Shown piece by piece: positions 49,050 through 57,959 of a stretch of DNA of 64,000 nt. The notes beneath the pieces are model-generated. The model worked only from the letters and a program-made list of their open reading frames with translations. It was not told the DNA's origin and did no database searches. This DNA is from Candidatus Omnitrophota bacterium (GTDB taxonomy: Bacteria; Omnitrophota; Gorgyraeia; 2-01-FULL-45-10). Made by a program: the position numbers and the translations under genes. Within the stretch, counting starts at the first letter, position 1; every line of letters begins with the position of its first letter. The DNA is taken from contig JAPLME010000006.1 in NCBI GenBank assembly GCA_026387175.1, forward strand, positions 172,078 through 236,077, in the 5' to 3' direction.

Positions 49050-49663
49050 GTCGGGCGCTTCGCTTCGGCGATCGCCTCAACCAGCCGCATCGAGGAATCA
49101 CTCAGCTCGTATGAGATATATTTTATTCTTGAGATTATGAAATTGCATATGAGGTAAAACGGCACGGCTATGATGAGCCCGGCCGCCGTCGTTATCATAG
49201 CTTCATATATGCCCGCGGCCAGCTGGGATACGGTTATGTTGGAGCCGGCCTTCTCCCAGCTCACGAACGCTTTTATGAGGCCCGTTATCGTGCCCAGAAA
49301 TCCGAGAAGCGGCTCAATCCCTATTATCGATATCAGCCCGCCTATATATTTTTCGAGGCCGTTCACCTGAGCATTCCCAGCCCTTTCAAGCGTTTTCTCG
49401 ATCTCATGGGAGGCGAGGCCCCTCTTTTCGATGCCGGCCTTCAGGGTAACGGCTAACGGATACCGTATATTGTCCGAACAGAATCTAGCCGCGTCATCGA
49501 AACGTCCGGCGCGGACTTTAGCGATAACATCCTCCGTGAACTTTCCGGCGTCCATCCTGATCGCAAACAGCTGCCAGAGCTTATATATTATTATCGCAAG
49601 GCCGAGTATCGAGCCGAATATTATCGGTATCATAACCGGCCCGCCTTTTATTATCCAGATCAT
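49046..49663 (-). CDS. exbB: ExbB/TolQ/MotA-family proton channel
   Basis: 205 aa with three TM helices and a conserved C-terminal ...GFLGTITGLIKAF...EAMITTAAGLIIAVP. Confidence 0.8.
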   Translation of the reverse strand: MIWIIKGGPVMIPIIFGSILGLAIIIYKLWQLFAIRMDAGKFTEDVIAKVRAGRFDDAARFCSDNIRYPLAVTLKAGIEKRGLASHEIEKTLERAGNAQVNGLEKYIGGLISIIGIEPLLGFLGTITGLIKAFVSWEKAGSNITVSQLAAGIYEAMITTAAGLIIAVPFYLICNFIISRIKYISYELSDSSMRLVEAIAEAKRPT

Positions 49664-50310
49664 TTAGTCCCCTTATCGAATATCGCCTGGACAAGCATTA
49701 CCAATCCTATCAGCGATATTACTATTCCGCTTACTTTGGGCATGAGATGCTCGACTTTCTCGCCGAACTTGTGTTTTACGAATGTCAATATGCCGCCTAT
49801 CGCGAAAGCGAACGGCAGAAGCGATATCATCGTCCCAAAACTGAATGACGCCACAAGAAGCCCGCCGGCAAGCGCGCTCTTCGTCGACGCGGCCATAACG
49901 AGTATTGCCATCTCTATCGGGCACGGGGGCAGCCCTCTTATTATCCCGAATACGAGCATTGAAAGATCACCTTTAGCGGCGTTTAAACCTTTGGCATAGC
50001 AGTGCGATTCAAGCTTATGCGTATGGCTGAAGACCAACAGGCCGAACGCTACGGTGAATGAAGCAGACACTATCTCCAGCTGCTTCGAAAACCTGGCAAG
50101 GTACTGGGAGCCTACGTATCCCGCTATCACTCCGAGCGTCGTATCCGCTATCATCATCCCAAAGCCGTATAACATCACAAGAAATACTATTTTTCTCGTG
50201 TTCCTGCCTATTATTGTCGCATAAATACTCGCGACAGCCTTGTCTTCGCATGGTTCAAGCACATGCAGCAGGCCTATGATGAATGCCGATGTCAGCGTAA
50301 CGTCATTCAT
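49660..50310 (-). CDS. NicO/RcnA/UreH-like (DsbD_2-like) metal transporter family protein with Cys-substituted motifs
   Basis: 216 aa with six TM helices. The first half carries GLLHVLEPCEDK, resembling the HxLEPGHGK nickel/cobalt-transporter motif. The second half carries GLPPCPIEM. Confidence 0.5.
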   Translation of the reverse strand: MNDVTLTSAFIIGLLHVLEPCEDKAVASIYATIIGRNTRKIVFLVMLYGFGMMIADTTLGVIAGYVGSQYLARFSKQLEIVSASFTVAFGLLVFSHTHKLESHCYAKGLNAAKGDLSMLVFGIIRGLPPCPIEMAILVMAASTKSALAGGLLVASFSFGTMISLLPFAFAIGGILTFVKHKFGEKVEHLMPKVSGIVISLIGLVMLVQAIFDKGTK

Positions 50311-50313
50311 TAT

Positions 50314-50913
50314 TTAACCGGTTTTTTGGGAAGAGAAATACAGTATAGCATCCAGGATACCTTTGCGCATCATCATCACCGCTATCGCGGCAAGTAAAAG
50401 ATGCGCGATCTTTGACACGGCCTTGGAACCAGCTTTCCCCAGGACTTTTGATATAGCGGAGGCATAGGTAAATACGATCCACACTATGATCAGGTTCACA
50501 ACAAAAGATGAAATGGTAAAGAGCATACCGTACGAGTCGAGCATGATAACCATCGTGGTAAGCACCGCCGGGCCGGTAATTAAAGGGGTGCCTATCGGGA
50601 CCGCGCCCATGGTATCCGTTGACAGCCGGCGAAATTTCTCATGCTGGAGTAGGTCGCGGAGCGCTATGGCCAGGAGAACAAGCCCGCCGGCGATCTTAAA
50701 ATCGAATACCATGACCCCGAGTATCATGAATATCCACTTGCCTAAAAACAGAAATACTATACCTATCGCGAACGCGGTTATAATGGACTGATTGATGATA
50801 TTCCGCTTGTCTTTATTCTTCAGGTGCTCGGTAAACCCGATATACATCGGAAGTATACCGAGAGCGTCCATCGCGACGAATATAGGTATAAATGACAGAA
50901 GAAATAACCGCAT
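50314..50913 (-). CDS. MarC-family (UPF0056) membrane protein
   Basis: 199 aa with six TM helices and an N-terminal IPIFVAMDALGILP. Confidence 0.75.
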   Translation of the reverse strand: MRLFLLSFIPIFVAMDALGILPMYIGFTEHLKNKDKRNIINQSIITAFAIGIVFLFLGKWIFMILGVMVFDFKIAGGLVLLAIALRDLLQHEKFRRLSTDTMGAVPIGTPLITGPAVLTTMVIMLDSYGMLFTISSFVVNLIIVWIVFTYASAISKVLGKAGSKAVSKIAHLLLAAIAVMMMRKGILDAILYFSSQKTG

Positions 50914-50996
50914 ATCAGGGCCCTTTATATAATAATTATATCAAATTATATCATATAGCGACATAAAGACAAGGAAATTGGTATTTATAAAACAAT

Positions 50997-51023
50997 AAGG
51001 CCGGGCTTTTATAGTCCGGCCTT
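50997..51023 (-). terminator. Putative intrinsic terminator downstream of the DUF2934 gene
   Basis: Hairpin AAGGCCGG-(11 nt)-CCGGCCTT, followed on the minus strand by TTGTTTTAT. Confidence 0.4.
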
Positions 51024-51059
51024 ACTAAATTTTGTAAAACTGTTAAGATCCCCGTCAGA

Positions 51060-51242
51060 TTATCTGGAGAGCTTCCCCTTTATGATTCTCTCTGCCTCCA
51101 GCCAGTCCTCTAACGAATGACCGCTCTTGCGGCCTCTCTTCTCGTAAAGCTCATAGGCTTTTTTCGCTATCAGCGAACTTATATCTTCCTTCGACATCGT
51201 CGGATTGGAAGACTTCCCGAGCTTGAAAGTCGTTTTTGCCAT
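51060..51242 (-). CDS. DUF2934-domain small protein
   Basis: 60 aa carrying the signature IAKKAYELYEKRGRKSGHSLEDWLEAE. Confidence 0.7.
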   Translation of the reverse strand: MAKTTFKLGKSSNPTMSKEDISSLIAKKAYELYEKRGRKSGHSLEDWLEAERIIKGKLSR

Positions 51243-51299
51243 GATCTGTTCCCCCCTTTCATATAATTTGTCGAGGTTATTATACCTATTCAGCGGCCC

Positions 51300-52961
51300 T
51301 TATGCAATAGAAATTTTCAAAAAATCCGGGATGGGTTTTTTCAGAAGCTTATATATATTCTTCAGATGGGTCCTATACAGTTTATCGAACGGATTGTCAT
51401 TGCCGGCATGGGCCTTACCGGCGTACCACCAGTTCCAGTCGCTTCCTTCGGCTATATACAGCTCGCGCCAGGCATCCACTATACTGGCGCCGTCCAATTT
51501 GGAGTTATTTTCAGCCTCTTTTGTGAATTTCATAAGATCCCTTCTCACTTTATTAAGGTAGTCCCACGACAGATTATCCTGTTCCTGCCCTATCCAGACA
51601 TCAAAGTTATGGTTTATCCACGATCCGGGAAATATCTTATTGATTGACCTCTTAGGGCTTTCTATATCCAGGAAACCGCTCACTGTAGTAGACCCGACCA
51701 GTTCCTGTTTATCAAGGTTGGCATAGAGCGTCTCAAAGAACAGCCTGCCATTGTCATCAAAATACTCCCATGCGTTCTCACCGTCCATAACTATGGTCAA
51801 CAACCCCCTGTCGGTATCGCGGCGCATCTCGTGGCCTATATTGTTGCAGTGGTTTATCAGGTCCCAGGCCGCCTCATCCTGGTTCCATGAGTTATAGTTG
51901 AAACTTATCATATCGGAGAGGTTCTTGTCCCTGAAGATCATCGCGATATTGCGCGAGCCGACCTTGTAATTATACGGACGGTATATCATCCGGCGATCAA
52001 ATCCTGATAATCCCTTACATTTTTTATCATACATAGAGAGGCTTTTAAAGAGTATATCCTCGTCGGTAGCCACCCAGTCTATGCCTTTTTTTATAAGGAT
52101 ATTCAGCATCTGGTCCGACACGCTGCCTTCGGACGGCCACATACCTCGGGGAGGAGCGCCAAACTGTTCCGTGTGATATTTTATCGCTTCTTCCACCTGC
52201 CATTCGGCGTCTTCCGGGTGCGAATACTTCTTCGGAAGAGGGTTATGAGGAAGCGAAACTTTCGCGACCGAAGTATCGCATATGAGCGGCAATATCGGAT
52301 GATAGAAAGGCGTGGTCGTGATCTCTATGCGGCCTTCGTCCTGTAATCTTTTATATAGCGGCAGGATCTGGGCCATTATCTCTTTCTGCTTCACCGTTAC
52401 ATATTCTTTATCGCTCTCGGTATAGTCCCGGCCTTTCCTAATGAGATCATTAAGCTGCATATCGTCATCGATAGATATGGAATGGAACCATGCCAGATTA
52501 AAGAGCACCTGCAGGTCCAGGAAGTCTTGTTTTGAAAATGTCCTTACCATCCTCTTAAGGATCGTTCCGGTGAGAGGCTTGACTCCCTTTTTTATTAAAA
52601 GTTCGGAGTATCTCTGATTTGGTTCGATAAACTGTTTGAAGTTGACCTTGAAGAAATTGTTCAGGATATATACTTTGTCTTCAAATGTGAGGAGGCTCGC
52701 CTTCTTTATGGTCAGGTCGAGATATGTGTCCGAGACGTCGTTTTGCACATAGTCGTTTATCTGTTCTATAAGCGATGGGACAAGATTGAATGTCACCTTG
52801 ATATCGTCAAAATTCTCGACGAGCCGGGCCATCGGAAAGTAATCTTTGATGCCGTGAAGCCTGACCCACGGCATAAGGTATTTATCGGTAAGGGGGTCCT
52901 TATAGAAGGGCTGATGCATGTGCCAAAGGAACGCGACCCCTAAGGTCTTATTAATGCTCAT
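51300..52961 (-). CDS. Glycoside hydrolase family 57 enzyme (amylopullulanase / 4-alpha-glucanotransferase-like)
   Basis: 553 aa, begins LWHMHQPFY, the GH57 N-terminal catalytic region. Confidence 0.8.
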   Translation of the reverse strand: MSINKTLGVAFLWHMHQPFYKDPLTDKYLMPWVRLHGIKDYFPMARLVENFDDIKVTFNLVPSLIEQINDYVQNDVSDTYLDLTIKKASLLTFEDKVYILNNFFKVNFKQFIEPNQRYSELLIKKGVKPLTGTILKRMVRTFSKQDFLDLQVLFNLAWFHSISIDDDMQLNDLIRKGRDYTESDKEYVTVKQKEIMAQILPLYKRLQDEGRIEITTTPFYHPILPLICDTSVAKVSLPHNPLPKKYSHPEDAEWQVEEAIKYHTEQFGAPPRGMWPSEGSVSDQMLNILIKKGIDWVATDEDILFKSLSMYDKKCKGLSGFDRRMIYRPYNYKVGSRNIAMIFRDKNLSDMISFNYNSWNQDEAAWDLINHCNNIGHEMRRDTDRGLLTIVMDGENAWEYFDDNGRLFFETLYANLDKQELVGSTTVSGFLDIESPKRSINKIFPGSWINHNFDVWIGQEQDNLSWDYLNKVRRDLMKFTKEAENNSKLDGASIVDAWRELYIAEGSDWNWWYAGKAHAGNDNPFDKLYRTHLKNIYKLLKKPIPDFLKISIA

Positions 52962-52979
52962 TGCCGGCCCTGATATATT

Positions 52980-54569
52980 CTAAGTGCAATAAACCGTATA
53001 GTCCACATTCGGAAATATATTATTCTTCCACTCGAGGCGCTTTAAATACTCTTCATCGAGGGAGCCTGATTTCACATCGTCATATAGATTGGTAAAATTC
53101 TCGGCATGGCCCCTGAAGCGCTCAACGGCATACGAGGAGTGCGAACCCGTCTTTATGATAAACGCCCAATCGCTCGACTGCGCCAGGAGAAGCTCTCTAG
53201 CCATCTGGTTCAGGGCTCTTGCGGCCAGACCCTTAGCGTGCCTGTTGGCATTCGCGATTTCGACCATACGCTCAACCATCTTGTTAAGATGCCTGTATAT
53301 CCAGTCATTGGAACCCTCAAGCCAAAATTCGCTGTAACCTTTATATCCCCAGCTGGAGAATGCCGGCTGCAGCACCTGATAACTCTTATACATCTTCATA
53401 TATTCTCCGGGAGTGGTAAGCGCCACCGTATTCTGGTCATACCGTATCTTCCTGATAAGGAAATCGAGCCACATAGGGCCCTCATACCACCAGTGGCCGT
53501 ATAGCTCCGCGTCATAAGGCGCGACCACTATCGGCTTCCTGTCGCCCATGGAATGCACCAGATGTTCTATCTGTTTCTCGCGGTTAAACATGAAATTGGC
53601 GGCGTGAGAGGATGCTGTATCGCGTGCCGCGTCGGGATTGTAAGGATGCTTATGGTTTGTGGTGCCGGTGATCTTGTAGTACTTAATGCCGGTGTTTATC
53701 CTGACTCCGTCAGCGTTTATATAGGGCCTTATGTAATTGTAGTCGAGATCGAAACCTATATCCCTGTAGAATTCCCTGTAATTATAATCGCCCGGATAAC
53801 CTTCCACCGCGCTCCATACGGACTTCGACGATTCGATATCCCTACCGTACACACCCACGCCGCTCTTTGTGAGATAGCCGCTGAATACTCCAAACCTCGG
53901 TCTGGGAGTACCGAACAATATTCCGTGGTTATCGACGAGAAAATATTTTACACCCTCCCTCTTCAGCGCCTCTTCATCGCCGGGCACATATCCACACTCG
54001 GGAAGCCATATGCCGGCCGTCTTTCTGCCAAACACCTTCTGATACATATCCGTGGCGGTCTTCACCTGGGCCCTCACCGAAGCGGCCCTATCTGCTTCCA
54101 TGAGAGGCAGATAGCCGTGCGTAGCGCAGCAGGTTATGACTTCCAGATTGCCCGTCTCCTGGAAATGCTTGAAGGCATTGACAAGGTTGCGGCCATACTG
54201 ATCAACAAATATACGACGCGCGTCGAGAAAGAGCTGATGATACATATGGGCGAGCCTGTTAAACTGCTCCTCCCACCTGGTCCTCTCTACCTCTTTTTCG
54301 GAAAGCTCTATCAGCTTCTCGATGTGTTTTAGATACTTCTCCTGCAGATGGCCGTCCATCAGCATCGCCATCAGCGTAGGAGAGAGCGATATTGTGAGCT
54401 TGTAACCGATCCCGTCCCTTTCCAGGCCCTGCAGCATCTTTATGAGAGGGATATAGGTTTCGGTAATGGCCTCAAACAGCCAGTCCTCTTCCAGGAAATC
54501 GGTGAACTCGGGGTGACGTACAAAAGGAAGGTGCGCGTGCAATACTATCGCAAGATAACCTTTCGCCAT
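52980..54569 (-). CDS. GH57-type 1,4-alpha-glucan branching enzyme
   Basis: 529 aa, begins LAIVLHAHLPFVRHPE. Length and architecture match GH57 branching enzymes. Confidence 0.8.
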   Translation of the reverse strand: MAKGYLAIVLHAHLPFVRHPEFTDFLEEDWLFEAITETYIPLIKMLQGLERDGIGYKLTISLSPTLMAMLMDGHLQEKYLKHIEKLIELSEKEVERTRWEEQFNRLAHMYHQLFLDARRIFVDQYGRNLVNAFKHFQETGNLEVITCCATHGYLPLMEADRAASVRAQVKTATDMYQKVFGRKTAGIWLPECGYVPGDEEALKREGVKYFLVDNHGILFGTPRPRFGVFSGYLTKSGVGVYGRDIESSKSVWSAVEGYPGDYNYREFYRDIGFDLDYNYIRPYINADGVRINTGIKYYKITGTTNHKHPYNPDAARDTASSHAANFMFNREKQIEHLVHSMGDRKPIVVAPYDAELYGHWWYEGPMWLDFLIRKIRYDQNTVALTTPGEYMKMYKSYQVLQPAFSSWGYKGYSEFWLEGSNDWIYRHLNKMVERMVEIANANRHAKGLAARALNQMARELLLAQSSDWAFIIKTGSHSSYAVERFRGHAENFTNLYDDVKSGSLDEEYLKRLEWKNNIFPNVDYTVYCT

Positions 54570-54575
54570 AAAATA

Positions 54576-55532
54576 TTATTCTGTCTTTCGTGTGACTATC
54601 GGGGTTATACGGCGGGTGTCGATCCCATCATTGGAGGTCGCCTCCACAGGGATCGTCTGCATGCCATCGGGCAGCGCGAATCTCGCGGAGAAGGTGCCGT
54701 CCGGACGAAGCTTTATCGGCTTACCCTGCATAGTTACCTTCGCATCGGGTTCTGTGGCACCATATACAATAAGCTCGCAGTTAACGACAAGCCAGAACTT
54801 TCTCTCGAAACGTTTCTTGAAGACCGAGGCTCCGCTGGACAAAGCGCCTGAGGTGATCTGCTCCTCCAGTTGTCTCCTGACCTGCTCTCTGACCTCAATC
54901 GATCCTTTACCAAGGCCGAATCCCCCGGAGAGCGCGAAGAGCTTCCAGTATTCCTCTTCCGGCATCATCCATTCGGCATCCAGCTGATCCGACATACCGA
55001 ACCTGGGCGTCTTTATAACATTGGAGCGGGCGAGCACATAGAAATCACCCTTCTTTGTAACGATGCCTATATCTACGACCCATGCGCGGTCGGGCTTGCC
55101 TACGTTGATATACCAGCTGTTGGCCAGACCGTTGAGGTCTATATCAAAATAGGTATGGGCGTTTCTGCCATTGAAATGAATATCGGTCACATCGTAAACT
55201 CTCAGGACCGACTTTTGCCTCTGGTCGCCGGCAGATTCTATCCTGCGCAGCACTTCTTCCTCTTTATCCCGACGGATCTCCCAATAAGAAAATATCCACC
55301 ATGGGTCCCTGACGAGAATAACTATCCTGTTATCACCGTAGCCGTGCGGAAAACGGAACTCTTTTCGCTCCCTGATTCTTAGAGGATTTGTCGTTTCTTC
55401 GGTCTTCCCCGCCGGCATAGGGAGGGCTCCCTGATCAAGCCCGAACGTATCGGCTGGCCTGGTTTTCTCCGGCCGAGTTGCCGCGGCTGCGATTCCGGAT
55501 ATCTTTTCCGATTTCTCGCGTTTCTTAGGCAT
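54576..55532 (-). CDS. DUF4912-domain protein (glycogen-cluster associated)
   Basis: The IVILVRDPWWIFSYWEI signature, adjacent to the GH57 genes. Confidence 0.65.
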   Translation of the reverse strand: MPKKREKSEKISGIAAAATRPEKTRPADTFGLDQGALPMPAGKTEETTNPLRIRERKEFRFPHGYGDNRIVILVRDPWWIFSYWEIRRDKEEEVLRRIESAGDQRQKSVLRVYDVTDIHFNGRNAHTYFDIDLNGLANSWYINVGKPDRAWVVDIGIVTKKGDFYVLARSNVIKTPRFGMSDQLDAEWMMPEEEYWKLFALSGGFGLGKGSIEVREQVRRQLEEQITSGALSSGASVFKKRFERKFWLVVNCELIVYGATEPDAKVTMQGKPIKLRPDGTFSARFALPDGMQTIPVEATSNDGIDTRRITPIVTRKTE

Positions 55533-55990
55533 TATTGCTCCGGCGGTACATTTGCGGGGAGGGCCGCCTGCGATGAAGCCTCATCGGGTGCGGGGGTCTC
55601 TTCTTTCTCCACCGTCACTACCTTTGCCGTATTCTTCCCGTCTTTTACGACATAGGTCACGTCGACCCAATCGCCTTTTTTAATATCTCCGATAGCGGAA
55701 GCATTCTCCAATTTTGTATCAGGGTTAATAGCGATTGCCGCTGTCTTTTCACTATCGCTGTCATAATCGTAATACTGGACCGACAACGTATTTGCCGACG
55801 CGTCAACGGCCTGGACCTCTCCATATATAGCTATCTCTTTTGTCTGAGGCGTGACATCGGTAATCGGCGCAGGCGCCGCTTGGGCCTCTTGCGCCGGTGC
55901 GTTGCCGGCATCTTGAGAAAACGCGGGAATCACGACCATCGAGACAAGCATGCAGACAGTAAGGTAAACCTTAAGGTGAGACAATTTCAT
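55532..55990 (-). CDS. Secreted hypothetical protein
   Basis: 152 aa with a signal peptide, a strong AGGAGG RBS and a low-complexity Ala/Pro/Gln linker. Confidence 0.55.
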   Translation of the reverse strand: MKLSHLKVYLTVCMLVSMVVIPAFSQDAGNAPAQEAQAAPAPITDVTPQTKEIAIYGEVQAVDASANTLSVQYYDYDSDSEKTAAIAINPDTKLENASAIGDIKKGDWVDVTYVVKDGKNTAKVVTVEKEETPAPDEASSQAALPANVPPEQ

Positions 55991-56002
55991 AATCCGATCC
56001 TC

Positions 56003-56114
56003 CTAGTTTATTCAGCCCTATTGTAGGCTAAGTGCCGATATCTCTGATATCGGCCTAGTTTATTAAGCCGTATCGCAAGCCAACTGCCGATGTCCCTGAC
56101 ATCGGCCTTTTTGG
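56003..56114. repeat. Tandem degenerate ~50-bp repeats, each with a GCCGAT(A/G)TC-NNN-GA(T/C)ATCGGC hairpin; the second hairpin is followed by TTTTT
   Basis: Hairpins at 56034..56054 and 56086..56106. Direct repeat CCTAGTTTATT(C/A)AGCC at 56003 and 56054. Confidence 0.6.
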
Positions 56115-56175
56115 TTAGAACACCTTCTATACGCACTTATACCAAATATACCGTTAAAAGTCAAGCGCAAGGTGT

Positions 56176-56937
56176 TCAATAAGAGAGCTTGTTGCCGAGC
56201 TTACTGAATATACGCGGGGTTTTAAGCCCGCACTTCCCCACCATATATTTCCATGCCGTCCCAAGCACCTGAAAGCCATAAATTACGCTTCTCGAAAAAT
56301 TAATGGATGAGGATTCCTTTGTATAGCTCGCGGGGCATGTTATCTCTCCCACGCGGTATCCAAAATAGAATGCCTGCAGCAGCATCTGGTTATCAAAAAC
56401 AAAATCGTCTGAATTCTCGAGTAAAGGCAGGCCGGCGAGCACTTCGCGCGAAAAAGCCCGATATCCGGTATGATATTCGGAGAGTTTCTCCATTATCATG
56501 TTATTCTCCAGGAACGTCAGGATCCTGTTCGCGATATATTTATATACCGGCATCCCGCCTTTAATGGCCCTATTACCTAATATCCTTGAGCCCAGCACAA
56601 CATCGAACATGCCGCTGGTTATAAGCGCCGCCATCGGCGTTATGAGTTTGGGAGGATATTGGTAATCCGGATGCAGCATGACCACTACATCGGCTCCGGC
56701 CTTAAGGGCCTGGCTGTAACAGGTCTTCTGGTTGCCGCCGTAACCGAGATTTTTATCGTGAACAAAGACTTTGATCCCGAGCGAATGCGCGAGGCCCACC
56801 GTATTATCGCCGGACTTATCGTCGATGAGCATTATATCGTCTACTATATCTTTCGGGATCTCATCGTATGTCCGCTTCAGTGTCTTCTCGGCGTTATAAG
56901 CGGGCATCACGACCACTATCTTTTTACCGTTCAGCAT
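56176..56937 (-). CDS. Family-2 glycosyltransferase (DPM1 / polyprenol-phosphate glycosyltransferase-like)
   Basis: 253 aa with a GT-A fold ([22 protein letters not shown], DxD). Confidence 0.8.
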   Translation of the reverse strand: MLNGKKIVVVMPAYNAEKTLKRTYDEIPKDIVDDIMLIDDKSGDNTVGLAHSLGIKVFVHDKNLGYGGNQKTCYSQALKAGADVVVMLHPDYQYPPKLITPMAALITSGMFDVVLGSRILGNRAIKGGMPVYKYIANRILTFLENNMIMEKLSEYHTGYRAFSREVLAGLPLLENSDDFVFDNQMLLQAFYFGYRVGEITCPASYTKESSSINFSRSVIYGFQVLGTAWKYMVGKCGLKTPRIFSKLGNKLSY

Positions 56938-56957
56938 CTGTCAGCCCCTATAATATA

Positions 56958-56990
56958 AGGGGCACGCTCTTTTTACGAAAACGTGCCCCT
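56958..56990 (-). terminator. Putative intrinsic terminator downstream of the coiled-coil lipoprotein gene
   Basis: A 9-bp stem AGGGGCACG/CGTGCCCCT with a 15-nt loop, followed on the minus strand by TATATTATA. Confidence 0.45.
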
Positions 56991-57039
56991 CGATGATTCG
57001 GTCATATAATAGCTGTAAGGTAACCGCGTGAAAGCCCCT

Positions 57040-57411
57040 TTACTGTTTGGCCGGGCTCTCCTGTGTAGCCGGACTTCCCTGCGCGGCCCTGGACTCAGCC
57101 AAAAGCTTATCGTAAGATGCCTTAAGGGATATTTTTTCGTCGAGAAGCTTATCGTATTCGGCCTTGAGCGCGGCCTTTTCGTTAATAGCTGTTTCGAGTT
57201 TAGTCGCCTGGTCCATCTTTTCATTCAAGAGCGCGTCATACTCGTTCTTCAGAGCGTCTTTAGCCTTCATCATGACGGCCACCTTCTCTTCGAGGATTAT
57301 CTTCTCGTTTTGTAATGCCTCATATTTATCCCTGGGCACTCCGCAACCTATCAATAAACCCGCCAGAGAAAGCGCCATACCGCATAACCCGACCACCTTA
57401 AGAGCTTTCAT
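57040..57411 (-). CDS. Coiled-coil lipoprotein with 14-residue repeats
   Basis: Lipobox LLIGC and repeats ALKNEYDALLNEKM, ALKAEYDKLLDEKI and SLKASYDKLLAESR. Confidence 0.65.
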   Translation of the reverse strand: MKALKVVGLCGMALSLAGLLIGCGVPRDKYEALQNEKIILEEKVAVMMKAKDALKNEYDALLNEKMDQATKLETAINEKAALKAEYDKLLDEKISLKASYDKLLAESRAAQGSPATQESPAKQ

Positions 57412-57438
57412 TTCGTCATTACCTCCGTAAAAATCGCG

Positions 57439-57912
57439 CTATTGCTTCACCAAATATTTATCAAGAGCCGCCAGCGTCTTCGGGCCGCATTTACCGTCTG
57501 CCTTCAAGCCATTGGCCTTCTGGAAATCTATTATGGCCTTTTTGGTCCTCGGGCCTATTTTACCGTCGATTATTCCGGTATAGAAACCCGCCGCCTTAAG
57601 GGCCTTCTGTATATCCTTATTCCTGTCCTGCGCTACCTTTGTAACCGTGGCGGCGGATTTCTCCGCAACCTCGGGAAGAGCTGCCGTAGCAGGAATCGGC
57701 TCGGACGCCAGGCTTTGTGCCGGCTCTACTATCACATTCTGCGCGGCCTGCTGCGCGCTCATCATACCCTCCGGAGGCAATGGTGTCGTCGTCTCGGTCG
57801 TCTCTAACTTAGCTTCCTCGGCAGGCTTCTCAACCTTGCCTTTGCACCCGAATAAAGCGATCGGTAGTACTATTATTGCAACCAAAAATACCGCCAAAAA
57901 CTTTTTATTCAT
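57439..57912 (-). CDS. Lipoprotein with a C-terminal PG_binding_1 peptidoglycan-binding domain
   Basis: Lipobox LFGC, and a C-terminal IQKALKAAGFYTGIIDGKIGPRTKKAIIDFQKANGLKADGKCGPKT. Confidence 0.75.
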   Translation of the reverse strand: MNKKFLAVFLVAIIVLPIALFGCKGKVEKPAEEAKLETTETTTPLPPEGMMSAQQAAQNVIVEPAQSLASEPIPATAALPEVAEKSAATVTKVAQDRNKDIQKALKAAGFYTGIIDGKIGPRTKKAIIDFQKANGLKADGKCGPKTLAALDKYLVKQ

Positions 57913-57959
57913 CCCCTGCTCCTTTCTTTAATGTGATTATACCGCCATGCGGTTCTTTG

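Noticed and set aside
56086-56114. A hairpin plus TTTTT read as a plus-strand intrinsic terminator.
   Set aside because: No plus-strand gene exists upstream. It is more likely part of the tandem repeat or leader structure of the minus-strand gene at 55990, or a bidirectional element.
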